A program made the position numbers and the translations under genes. A stretch of DNA of 64,000 bases from Bryobacterales bacterium (lineage in GTDB: Bacteria; Acidobacteriota; Terriglobia; Bryobacterales; UBA6623), in assembly GCA_965248305.1 (NCBI GenBank), contig OZ252099.1:1009981-1073980 (forward strand), in the 5' to 3' direction. Shown piece by piece: positions 19,034 through 28,048 of the stretch. Under the pieces are notes generated by a model. It saw nothing but the letters and a program-made list of their open reading frames with translations, made no database searches and was not told the origin of the DNA. The stretch's first letter is position 1. Each line of letters opens with the position of its first letter.

Positions 19034-21340
19034 TCACTCCCAGCGCAAGTGCTTGCGCAGGAATGCAAACGTGCCTTGACCGTGGATCTCGTGCGGACCG
19101 TCGAAGAACTCAATCTCTGCCTTGGCCCCGAGGCCCAGCTGATTGTAGAAACGCCGCACCTTCGCGAATTCGTAGGCGACCCACTCGTCCGGCGCAACGC
19201 CGTCCGCATGTCCGCGCTCGACCATGAACGGCCGCGGTGCCATCAAGGCGGCGAGTTCGGCGTAGTTGACGACATTGGCGAAGTTGAATTCCAGCATGTC
19301 GTACTCTTGCGTGAACAAATAGCTGTACTGGTCTGTCGCGCTGGTGTTCTTCCAGACCCATTCGTTGAAGTCGGCCGAGCAGATTGACAGGGCGTAACCG
19401 GCGAGCAGGGGAGGGATCCGCATCGCCGTCTTGCCGCCGTACGAGAGTCCGTAGAACCCGATCCGCTCCGGATCGACGAATGGCAGCGTGGCCAGCCACT
19501 CCAGGGTCTGCTGGTGCTGCCCCAGGATGAACGAGTACAGCGAGACCTTCAGGGGGTGCGCCTTGCGCTGGATCTGCCGGAACCGATCCCGCCCGATGTA
19601 CGGATTCTGCGGAGCGTAGACCACAAATCCTTCCTCTGCCAACCGTGCTCCGTAACGATGGTAGGCGCGGTGGTCCGAGTCGGGATCGACCACATCCGCG
19701 GGCCGTCCCTCGAGCCCGTGCTGCGCGACCACGACAGGTCGTCGCTCACCTGGCCTCATGCCCTTCGGGACGAGCAGGATGCCGTAAGCGAAGACGTTCT
19801 CCCAGACGTCCAGCGTCACTTCGTACCCCACGAAGTCGGCGTGATCGTAAATCCGCCGCGTTTTCGGACGGGGCGGCGCGTCTGGGTCGGGCAAGCGGCC
19901 AATCACCTCGTCGCGCAGGAATTCGCGATAGAAGCCCGTCGACTCCTTCCACGCAGCGCTTGACGAAGTGTCCGCCTTGGACCAGAATTCGCGGCGACGC
20001 TGCGGCGAATCCCGGACGAGCTCTTGGTTGAAGTCCACGATCTGATCGAACTGTCGGCGCATCCGCTCGGCCTGATCTGGCAACGGTGCCAGCTTCTTGG
20101 GCGTGGCTGCGATGGGCCGCAGGGGCGCTGTCTGGAGCAGGCTTCGCAGGGCTTCGTCGGACCCGGGTGATTCCAGACCCTGTACGAGCCCGATGCGGTC
20201 TCCCGCCCCTAAGCGGCGATAGATCTGTTGGGCTCGGTCGAATTCGCGCTGCACCGATTCCGCGGGTGGCGACACCAGCCGCCCCGAGGCAGCCCGGTCG
20301 GCGCTCGGCGCAGGGGCAGCGGGAGGCCCGGGCACCTCAGGGCCGCGCGCGGCCTCGATTAGCAATGTCCGCGGAGCGATCAGGCTCGCGATCTCCGCGT
20401 CGCCAAACTCCCGCAGCAAGCCCCACACATTGCGGTCGATCGTTTCCTGCCAGAGGCCCTCGCGACCCTGGAAATACCCGCTGACCACGGTCGCTGCGAG
20501 CCGCTTGTCGACGGCCGCCGCGTAGAGCGCGAGCAGCCCACCCTCGCCGTAGCCGACGATTCCGACAGGGGCTTGGGGATCGCGCGCCTTGAAGAAGTCG
20601 ACCGCCGCAAGGACCTTTTGCAACTCGTAGCCGATCAGCTGCCTGCCGAGTTCGTAGCTCATGCGAAAGAGAAACTCGCGGTGCGGGAGGTTGGATTGCC
20701 GGACGCCTTCCAAGCCCGTCCAGCGAGCTGTCCGGTCGATCAGGACGGGAACGATCACTTGGCATCCGCTCTCCGCTAGGCGGCGAGCGAACTGAGCGGC
20801 CCCGGGCAAGCCGCTCTCGAGCCCCACCAGCATTTCGGGCGACCATGATGCGTCCGGGATCGCCACGATCCGTGCCGCCGGCGGCCCATCAGGCTGTAGC
20901 AGCAAGCCCTCGGCGAACATTCCGGGCAGGGCCTCCCACCGGATTGCGTAGATGGCGTACCCCGCTCCTTCGGCGACCCTCGCTGGCTTGCTTGTCGTGG
21001 CCACGAATTCGAGGGACTCGACTGGCACGCGCTCGTCGACGAGTCCCAGCATCTTGATGAGCCGCTCGCGATTTCGCTCGACCGAGCGTTCGTAGGCGCT
21101 GCGAGAGCTATAGTCGCGGTCCCAGAACCGGCCCCGGTTTGTCGCGGCCGCACGCGTGGCCGTGTCGAGGTGCGCATGGATGCCTTCCACCATCTCGGCG
21201 GCCAGATCGCCTGTGGCCACCAGCGGCTCGGTGTTTGGCAGGGTAGGTTGCGCCGGAGCGCCGGCTGCGAGGACCAGGCCGGCTACGAGTCGTTGGATCA
21301 CTGTGCGCAGAGCCATAGCGACGTTCCGATGATCCCTCAT
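19034..21340 (-). CDS. Secreted alpha/beta-hydrolase family protein (two hydrolase-like halves; esterase/peptidase S9-like)
   Basis: 768-aa ORF with a signal-like N-terminus (LVAGLVLAAGAPAQ). The C-terminal half has the nucleophile-elbow motif GLSYGG, the N-terminal half has GYGEGG, and the DLH/acetyl-esterase-like tail reads GHADGVAPDEW...FFDGPHEIHG. Confidence 0.7.
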   Translation of the reverse strand: MRDHRNVAMALRTVIQRLVAGLVLAAGAPAQPTLPNTEPLVATGDLAAEMVEGIHAHLDTATRAAATNRGRFWDRDYSSRSAYERSVERNRERLIKMLGLVDERVPVESLEFVATTSKPARVAEGAGYAIYAIRWEALPGMFAEGLLLQPDGPPAARIVAIPDASWSPEMLVGLESGLPGAAQFARRLAESGCQVIVPVLIDRTARWTGLEGVRQSNLPHREFLFRMSYELGRQLIGYELQKVLAAVDFFKARDPQAPVGIVGYGEGGLLALYAAAVDKRLAATVVSGYFQGREGLWQETIDRNVWGLLREFGDAEIASLIAPRTLLIEAARGPEVPGPPAAPAPSADRAASGRLVSPPAESVQREFDRAQQIYRRLGAGDRIGLVQGLESPGSDEALRSLLQTAPLRPIAATPKKLAPLPDQAERMRRQFDQIVDFNQELVRDSPQRRREFWSKADTSSSAAWKESTGFYREFLRDEVIGRLPDPDAPPRPKTRRIYDHADFVGYEVTLDVWENVFAYGILLVPKGMRPGERRPVVVAQHGLEGRPADVVDPDSDHRAYHRYGARLAEEGFVVYAPQNPYIGRDRFRQIQRKAHPLKVSLYSFILGQHQQTLEWLATLPFVDPERIGFYGLSYGGKTAMRIPPLLAGYALSICSADFNEWVWKNTSATDQYSYLFTQEYDMLEFNFANVVNYAELAALMAPRPFMVERGHADGVAPDEWVAYEFAKVRRFYNQLGLGAKAEIEFFDGPHEIHGQGTFAFLRKHLRWE

Positions 21341-21459
21341 TTCGACCCGTCCCGCAAGCCGCCGAGGGCGGCCTCCGAGCGATGCGCGGGTGCCTCTAAC
21401 GCAAATTGCCCAGAATGGTCGGTGTTATGCGGAAATCCTCTCTAACTTGCGCATAATCA

Positions 21460-21844
21460 ATGGAGTCCGGACGTTCTGCCGCCAATTTCAGTAGACCGGC
21501 GCTAAGTGCCACCGCAGAGTGCGCCGCCATTGCCGATGCGTATCAGCAGTCCAAGAGGCTGCCGTTTCGGGAATTTGTCGAGCGGCACACACTGTTCGAG
21601 ATGCTTGCGGGCATCCGCGGGAAGGCAGGTGATGTACATGGCCTGCCGGGACGGCTTCTACACCCCTGCGCTCAAGCGCGCCGGGGCGTCCGAGGTCACG
21701 GGCGTCGACAGCTCCGCCGAGATGATTCGACTGGCGGAACAAGAAGAGCTGCGCCAGCCGCTAGGCTGCACGTACCCTCATCAGGACGCTGCGATATTCG
21801 AATCGATCGGGTCGATTGACGGGGTTGTTTCCATGTATCGGTAG
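21460..21844 (+). pseudogene. Class I SAM-dependent methyltransferase, frameshifted and 3'-truncated
   Basis: The N-terminal part is in one frame (YQQSKRLPFREFVERHTLFEMLAGIRGK). Motif I and the post-I region are in another frame (VMYMACRDGFYTPALKRAGASEVTGVDSSAEMIRLAEQE). The ORF then ends early. Confidence 0.55.
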
Positions 21845-22515
21845 AACTACGCCTGAACAGGGCAGGATCTTCGCCGCTCCTGCAGGCGCTGTCGTGAAGC
21901 GCTAGATGGGTTGCCTAGTGGGGTGAAAAGATACGGAGCGACGATATACAGACCTGCCCGTCAACACAAGTGCTAGCTATGGGCGCGTCAATTCGCTCAG
22001 GCACCCGCGACGCTAACCTTGAGCGTTGCTTACGATGGCGGAGTGTTGGAATGCGGGGAAAGGATTAGCACGGGTCACCCAACCCGGGATCTTATAGTGG
22101 CCTTGGTCCAGCGCGCTAGGTCTGGCCATCGTTACCAGTGCTGCGGACAGCGGTGGCGGTGGTGAATGCTGCAACAATGGGGCGTAGACGCCAAGGGGGT
22201 CGGTGGGTCTGTGCTTTTTGTCCCCATATTTGAGGAGCGGCGAGAAAAATAATGCAAGGAATGCACGGAGTTCCGGGCCGTAACGGTAGACCGGCACGCC
22301 TGCCCAGCGGAGACTTGCATAGACTTGGAGTCTTGGGGAACGGAGAGCTTCAGATTGTCAGCCCTGATGGCGGGTCCTCCAGGACTTTGGTGTGGCGTCC
22401 CAATTCTAATGAGCCAATCGAATCTGCGAAGCATAGTGCCTCCAACTACCGCTAGGCTTCGCCTGCGCCTCGACAAGGAGACCCACCTCCGGGGCTTTTT
22501 GAGGATGGGCACGAG

Positions 22516-22914
22516 ATGCCCACAGAGAGGGCGACTGAGGCTTCTGGAGCAACACCGGGCAAATTGACCGGGGCTATGCAATTTGTCCAGAAACTATTGG
22601 AATTATGGCACTTGGAAACGCACGAGGCAGTCGGCTTGCTCGGCTTTGAAGCATCTGATTCCGACCATGTTGCGGCCGTCCTGCGGGGGAACGAACAATT
22701 TCGTGGTCGAGATGTCAGGGATCGAATATCGAACTTGTTTTGGATCCGCAGCACTGTACGGGCCTTGTTTCGAAATCTGGAAGCCGAAAACGACTGGTTG
22801 AGGGAGTCGCATCCAATGCTGGGCGGCAGGCAGCCTTTGGAATTGTTGCTCAGCGGCTCTATCGAAGATCTGTTGTTGACAAAGGAATACGTAGATCTGG
22901 CCGCTGGAAGATAG
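22516..22914 (+). CDS. Antitoxin of Xre/MbcA/ParS type (DUF2384 toxin-binding domain)
   Basis: 132-aa ORF. The C-terminal part WLRESHPMLGGRQPLELLLSGSIEDLLLTKEYVDLAAG matches the conserved DUF2384 pattern (W...P...L.G..P.....t..G...v...L). Confidence 0.75.
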   Translation: MPTERATEASGATPGKLTGAMQFVQKLLELWHLETHEAVGLLGFEASDSDHVAAVLRGNEQFRGRDVRDRISNLFWIRSTVRALFRNLEAENDWLRESHPMLGGRQPLELLLSGSIEDLLLTKEYVDLAAGR

Positions 22915-22916
22915 GT

Positions 22917-22985
22917 GTACTGCGGGAACTACCAAGTCAAAGGAGTCGCCGCCAAGTATTTCGGTCGGCGACCATCCGGCTGAAT
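22917..22985 (+). pseudogene. Possible remnant of the cognate RES-domain toxin (first ~22 codons only)
   Basis: Two nt after the antitoxin stop, the sequence reads GTG TAC ... VYCGNYQVKGVAAKYFGRRPSG stop. This loosely resembles the RES N-terminal G-x-G-A-x-x-x-G-G-R-W-N region, and no RES domain follows. Confidence 0.3.
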
Positions 22986-23228
22986 GACGATTTCAGCGCC
23001 GAACTTCAATTAGACCTAGCGAGGGAGAAAGGGGCCCGCAACCCCAGACGTCCCTGCAGCTTGATCCATCTGCGGGCCACGCTAGCACAGCCCCCCTCCG
23101 GCTCGATCGCTGCACATCCGCTCCAGGGGAGATGGCCCCGGTCCCATCTGCAACCCCGGAGAGATCGACACGGGGAGATCGACTGCGAGCGCAGCTCTCC
23201 GCGCCGGGGCTAGAATCCGGCAGCCTCC

Positions 23229-24474
23229 TTGACGCTCGCGACCAACGCTCGCCGTGTCGCTCTTGCTCTTGCGGTCACAGCGGCATTCATCACCTATCTA
23301 GACCGCGTCTGCATATCGGTCGCGGCGCCGTCGATGAGCGCGGAGCTCGGCCTCACGAGCGTTCAGATGGGCTACGTGTTCAGTGTCTTTGCGCTCTCCT
23401 ATGGCATCTTCGAGATCCCGATGGGCTGGTTCGGCGATCGCTTCGGTCAGCGTCGGCTAATGGCCCCGATCGTTGCTGCCTGGTCCCTGCTCACAGTGCT
23501 CACGGGCTTGGTGCGGGGCTACGCGGCGCTTCTGTTCGTCCGCATTCTATTCGGCGCGCTCCAAGCCGGGGCATTCCCTACGCTCACGCGGGCGCTGGCG
23601 CGCTGGTTTCCGTTCGAAGATCGCGGCCGGTCCACTGGGTTGATGTGGATGGGCGCCCGCCTCGGGGGCTCGGCTGCCCCCGCACTTGCGGCGCTGACGA
23701 TTGCGGTGATCGGCTGGCGGCCGATGTTCGGCGTGTCTGGATTGGCGTGGTGCTGGCTATTCTGGCGCTGGTATCGGGACGACCCCGCCGAGCATCGCGG
23801 GGTGAACGAGGCGGAATTGGCCTACATTCGCTCCGGATCTCCGCCGACTAGGGCAGCCGTTTCCATCCCGTGGTGATCGATGTTCACGGACAGCAATTTG
23901 TGCGCACTGTTCGGCAGGTATTTCTGCTCCGCGTACGGTTTCTACTTTTTCGTGACCTGGCTGCCTACATACCTCATGGACGAGCACGGCCTCACGCTCG
24001 AGCAATCCGGGCTCTACTCGGCGGTCCCGCTGCTGGCGGGCGCCGTCGCTTGCGTTTCGGGGGGCACGTTCTCGGACTGGCTGGTACGGCGCAAGGGCCT
24101 GCGCTGGGGGCGCCGCCTGGCAGGCATCGGCGGGGGTGTTCGCGCTCGCCGTGGTCGGATTTGCCCTGGCCGCCACTGCCGATGACGCCCTCTCGGCGGT
24201 GCTTTGGATGGCGTTTGCTCAGGGCGCGCAGGATCTGACCTTGCCCGTCGCGTGGGCAGTTTGCGTCGATGTCGGCCATCGGTACGGCGGCACGGCGACC
24301 GGATTCATGAACACGGTTTCGAGCGCTTCGGCGATGATCTCTCCCATCAGCGCTGCCTGGCTCGCTGCGAGGTTCGGCTCTTTTGCATCGATGTTCTGGG
24401 CTGCGGCCGTTGTGTATCTTGTAGGCGCGATGCTGTGGTTTGCGATCGACCCCGAGTGGCGCGTGCGGGGTTAA
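23229..24474 (+). pseudogene. MFS transporter (anion:cation symporter-like), disrupted by an in-frame TGA and a frameshift
   Basis: Three consecutive ORFs together form one MFS protein (FITYLDRVCISVAAPSM..., FFVTWLPTYLMDEHGL..., LPVAWAVCVDVGHRYGGTATGFMNT...). The in-frame TGA is at 23874-23876 and the frame change is near 24130. The total length is 1246 nt (1 mod 3). Confidence 0.8.
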
Positions 24475-24478
24475 ACCG

Positions 24479-25290
24479 ATGCCGATTGCTCCTTACCTCT
24501 ATCAGCACCATACCTAGCAGGAACTGGGCGAGCACGCGGAGCAGCGGCCAGTCGTCGTGCTGCCCACAGGCTCCGTCGAGGACCACGGCGATCATCTCCC
24601 GCTGGACACTGACAATTCCCTGATCTGGAGTATCTGCGAGGAGGCGGCGAAGCGGGCGGATGGCGACATCCTGCTCCTGCCCCTGATCCCGCATGGCTTC
24701 GAGACCCACCATATGGACTTGCCGGGCACGATCGACATCCGGCAGGAACACCTGCCTGACTGCGTGCTCGACATCACCAAGAGCGTGGCGCACCATGGCT
24801 TCGACCGCATCCTGATGGCCGACGGGCATGGGTCGAACATGCCAATTCTCGATTTAGTGGCGCGTCGCACTATTCTCGAAACAGACGCGCTCTGCGGCTG
24901 CTTCATCTGGCCCGGCTTGGCTAGCGCCGAGATCAACCGGCGGCGCGAGTCGGGCCGCGGGGGCATGGCGCACGGCGGGGAACTCGAGACGTCCGTCTAC
25001 CAGCACCTGGCTCCGGACAAGGTCCAGCTGGAGAAGGCTGTCAAGGACATTGGGCTGCCGGCATCAGAGTTCATCTGGATGGACCTGATGGACAAATCCC
25101 CCGTCCTGGTCATGGACGAGTGGACACGCTTCAGCAAGAGCGGGACTTACGGCGACCCGACGATCGCGTCGGCCGGGAAAGGCCGCCCGATATTCGAGGC
25201 AGTCGTAGAGGCCTTTGTCCGGCTTGTGCGGGAATTCAGGGATCGGCCTCGCGGGGAGCGCACTGATCAGCGCCCGAAACGCCCTGATTT
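24479..25290 (+). pseudogene. Creatininase-family amidohydrolase, copy 1 (premature TAG; native stop lost)
   Basis: Homologous along its length to the intact copy at 48228-49037. Codon 13 is TAG (24515-24517) where copy 2 has TGG. A ~10-nt deletion near 25270 removes the stop, which creates the artefactual 505-aa ORF 24557-26074. Confidence 0.75.
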
Positions 25291-25468
25291 CCAATATCCC
25301 GAGCGCGCGGGTCGTTGCGGTCCCCAGTCTCGGTCTATGCACACTCGCAAATGTCTGCGCCGCGGTCGCAAGCCAGGACACCTGATAGGAGCGCGCGAGC
25401 GATTTCGCAAGGCCCTCAGCCGCGACCCCCGCAGCCATCCTCCGCTCGATGGCGGTCGGCAGGATGCC

Positions 25469-25896
25469 TCAGTGTTCCAGATTGGCAAGCCGCGCCAGAA
25501 GTTCTTGCACTTGCTCTTCTGCCTGCTGACGCAGCTGAGCTTCCCGCTGCGCCCGGACCTCAGCCTGCTGTGCTCGCTCCTCGGCCTGCAGCCGCTGCCG
25601 CGCTTCGGCGAGGCGCCCGTCCTCAGCCTGCTGTGCCCGGTCCTCAGCCTGCTGACGCAGCTGAGCTTCCCGCTGTGCCCGCTCCTCGCCCTTCCGCATC
25701 GCCAAGTCCAGGCTGTCGCGCGTCAGTACATCCAGACCGGTCTGCGGATCCCGGAATACCGGCACCGTCACATCGCGACGCTTCACGGCCCTGAAACCCA
25801 GCTGGAGGGTCTCGCTCCAAAACTCCTCGCTGCCGTCCCAGATTGCGTTTGGCTGCAGTGCCCGATCAGGGTCTTGTTCCAGCGAGTATCCTTCCA
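25469..25896 (-). pseudogene. Uma2 (DUF820) family endonuclease, 3' fragment with coiled-coil tail
   Basis: PLEGYSLEQDPDRALQPNAIWDGSEEFWSETLQLGFRAVKRRDVTVPVFRDPQTGLDVLTRDSLDLA...LARLANLEH aligns with the C-terminal half of the intact paralog 49229-50038. Confidence 0.75.
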
Positions 25897-25986
25897 AGGG
25901 CACACCAGGAGAAGACAGGCTCACCCCGACGCAGTTTCCATTTTAGGACGGTCCCCTTGCCCTGCCCAACAACGCGAATCAGGTTC

Positions 25987-26280
25987 TCACTCACGTACTT
26001 CCATCAGGTCGGTCACTTCGATGCCGACCAGCTGCCCATCCATCTCGATCAAAGCATCCGGCGGATCGTCCTGATTCCCTGCGGCGTCGAGGTTCGGCCT
26101 GATCTTACAGATTGAGTAACCATGCTTTTCCATTTCAAGAGCCCAGTCCTTGACTTTCTCGATTTCCGCCAGATCCTGGTATCCGTGAATGTTGTCGAAG
26201 TAGGGTGAATGCGGACGGCTCTTCTCTGCGATCCGTTTCATCTCCTCGAGGTCGTTGTCAGTCCATTCATCCTTCGGCAT
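25987..26280 (-). CDS. Hypothetical protein (97 aa)
   Basis: A strong RBS (GGGAGG) lies 5 nt upstream of the ATG, and the composition is acidic. The C-terminal PPDALIEMDGQLVGIEVT loosely resembles a PD-(D/E)xK core. I cannot assign a family. Confidence 0.45.
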   Translation of the reverse strand: MPKDEWTDNDLEEMKRIAEKSRPHSPYFDNIHGYQDLAEIEKVKDWALEMEKHGYSICKIRPNLDAAGNQDDPPDALIEMDGQLVGIEVTDLMEVRE

Positions 26281-26479
26281 TGCAACCTCCCATTATTCAT
26301 GCGGCGCAGGGCACGCGCGCTCGTACCGCCTTGCCCGGGTGCGGGGATTCTTCATCGCCATCTTGTTTCTCCCTTCACGACTAATGGTCTAGTTGACACA
26401 CGTTACCCGCGTGCCGTGCGGCCTCTCATGTGGACCGATAGAAGAATGTGGTGATCCCATTCGCAAGACCGGCCGTCAG

Positions 26480-26785
26480 TCAAGCTGACTCGTACCGCTC
26501 TACGACGATCTCATTTGCCCGAGCACGCATTTCCGAGGCGTCGTGCCAGGCCTGCATCCGCAGCAGCATGTCCATGCTGATATCGAATGCCTTCTCGATA
26601 CGCAGGGCCATCTCCGCCGACAGGGCCGCGTTGCCGTTCAGCAGGGCCGAGAGCGTCGCCCGGCGGACCCCGAGGATCTGGGCCGCCCTTGTTACGTTGA
26701 GACCCAATTCCTCGATGACCTCCGTGCGGATGAAGTCGCCCGGATGCGAAGGGGTCATGTTGACGTTGATGCCGTTAGTAGCCAT
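26480..26785 (-). CDS. higA: HigA-type antitoxin (XRE helix-turn-helix)
   Basis: Starting at the internal ATG gives MATNGINVNMTPSHPGDFIRTEVIEELGLNVTRAAQILGVRRATLSALLNGNAALSAEMALRIEKAF, the classical HigA/VapI pattern (HPGE.L.e..l.plgl....lA..lgv.r.tl...l.g...it..mAlrl). The start overlaps the HigB stop (TGATG). Confidence 0.8.
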   Translation of the reverse strand: MATNGINVNMTPSHPGDFIRTEVIEELGLNVTRAAQILGVRRATLSALLNGNAALSAEMALRIEKAFDISMDMLLRMQAWHDASEMRARANEIVVERYESA

Positions 26786-27039
26786 CAGTGGTAGTCCTCC
26801 AAATTCAAGCGGTCGATGTAACCGTCCTCTTCGGCAAACGTAATCCGCCAATTGCCGGAGACGGAAACGCTCCAGTCATCCTGCCGGTCACCGGCAATGA
26901 ACCCATCGATGTGTTCGGCAAGAATGAGTACCGTCAAGATTTTGCGCACCCGGTCGACGAGGTCCTGCCGCAGGAACCGGGGGTTGTCATCCTCGAGCAG
27001 ACAGCGCAATCCCCGGTGACGGACCGAGCGAACGATCAT
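26785..27039 (-). CDS. higB: HigB-type toxin (RelE/ParE superfamily, plasmid maintenance killer protein)
   Basis: 84-aa ORF beginning MIVRSVRHRGLRCLLEDDNPRFL and ending GDRQDDWSVSVSGNWRITFAEEDGYIDRLNLEDYH. It matches the HigB consensus (GDR.GqwSi.vn.nwRi.F....g....v.l.DYH) and lies upstream of the antitoxin, as is typical for higBA. Confidence 0.7.
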   Translation of the reverse strand: MIVRSVRHRGLRCLLEDDNPRFLRQDLVDRVRKILTVLILAEHIDGFIAGDRQDDWSVSVSGNWRITFAEEDGYIDRLNLEDYH

Positions 27040-27802
27040 GCCATAAGTGTACGGTATGACCGTTCGATTCGCAGGCCTTTTCTTGAAGGGCCATTGCCGA
27101 TCCCTTCCTCCGTCGCACGGGCATCCGTTCGTGGACGGGACGCGGGTCCATGCCGGCGAGTCGCGGCCACACCGGAGAGATGAATGGATCTGTTTGCCCG
27201 CAAGCCGTCACTGTCCCGGCCCGCCAAGCCGCCCCCTGCGGGGTACGGTACTGGCGAGATAGGGCGGCGGTTGTGGGAAGCCCGGGAGCATCTCGAACCG
27301 CCCGCAGCGGCTACGACTTCGGCCGATAAGAACGTTCATTGCACCTCCTGAAGGTAGTGGGCGCTACCTGTCCGCATCGTTCGAATCTGGTCCAAGAGCG
27401 GCTGCTCCCTGAGACCATAAGCTTCAATCAGTAACCGATCCAAGACTGACACAATCTCGCGGCCTTCTCGTCTACCGTTTCAGCACCCTTCTCGAGACAA
27501 GTAGCTTCGCCGTTCGTTCAATCTGGGCTCGCAGGGACTCATCCTTCCATCCGGCCGGTGGCTCGACAGTTGCTCATGGTTGGAGTTTTCGCTCCTCGTA
27601 CCAAGCATTCTACCTGCGCAGCAGATCGAGCGGCGGCCAATCCAGAGCCGCGCTGCCATCCCGCTTATTGCTCCTCTAGACATGGTCCTGCCTCACCGTG
27701 ACGGGCCGCTTCGACTGCGATCTCGCTGCGGGAATGACGGGAGCAGCTCGTCGACCCGGTTCCGCCGCAGCGGCTCCCATCCCTTGCGAACCGTCCGCGG
27801 CC

Positions 27803-28039
27803 TCAGCGCTTCGAGAGCTTGTCCAATGCGTTCGCGATCCGCTTGTAGTCCTTGGCGAGCTGTGAGTAGTCGGTCGCCAAGTCGTTCACATGCCCTTGCA
27901 ACTGCTCGACCTGCTCGCGCAAGGTCGTCACTTGCCCGGACAAGCCAGAGATCCGCCCGGCGGCACTCCTCTGCTCCCGTTCGTACTGCGCGGACAGCGA
28001 CCGCAAGGCCTCGCTCAAGTGCTTCTCTAACTCGGTCAT
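27803..28039 (-). CDS. MbeD/MobD-like mobilization protein, nested in another frame of the relaxase gene
   Basis: 78-aa coiled-coil ORF starting MTELEKHLSEALRSLSAQYEREQ, which is the characteristic MbeD/MobD N-terminus (MTELE.QLL.ALE.LQ..YE). Confidence 0.6.
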   Translation of the reverse strand: MTELEKHLSEALRSLSAQYEREQRSAAGRISGLSGQVTTLREQVEQLQGHVNDLATDYSQLAKDYKRIANALDKLSKR

Positions 28040-28048
28040 GCGCCCTCC

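Larger units (their letters stand above)
23917..25896. repeat. Segmental duplication, copy 1 (MFS 3' part - creatininase - Uma2 3' part)
   Basis: Collinear with 47823-49572 and diverged by many substitutions and several indels. Homology ends at CCTTCCA (25890-25896). Confidence 0.8.

Noticed and set aside
23874-23876. In-frame TGA in the MFS gene as a possible selenocysteine codon.
   Set aside because: MFS transporters are not selenoproteins. I see no obvious SECIS-like hairpin just downstream, and the same gene also carries a frameshift, so decay or error is the simpler reading.
25500-25700. Short direct repeats (CAGCCTGCTG..., CTGACGCAGCTGAGC...) that could suggest a CRISPR or tandem-repeat array. 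A similar region lies at 49260-49380.
   Set aside because: They lie within the coiled-coil coding region of Uma2 (Ala/Glu/Gln/Arg heptads), are irregular in spacing, and have no spacer structure.
25897-26010. Idea that the 97-aa gene continues in the +1 frame (KYVSENLIRVVGQGKGTVLKWKLRRGEPVFSW) up to the island junction, and was therefore truncated by it.
   Set aside because: An open frame of ~35 codons in GC-rich DNA is weak evidence, and no homology supports it. I note it only as a caveat to the clean-insertion model for the island.
24557-26074. 505-aa ORF that seems to fuse creatininase to a long C-terminal extension.
   Set aside because: Comparison with the intact copy (48228-49037) shows the native stop was lost by a small deletion near 25270. 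The extension is read-through across non-coding sequence and the antisense of the Uma2 fragment.
27040-27700. Search for mbeC, oriT or small regulatory genes downstream of the relaxase remnant (for example 43-aa ORF 27206-27337 with a GGAGG RBS, and a fragment ...IVSVLDRLLIEAYGLREQPLLDQIRTMRTGSAHYLQEVQ).
   Set aside because: There are only short, start-less or interrupted frames. No MobC-type NLNQ motif and no nick-site-like inverted repeat could be identified.
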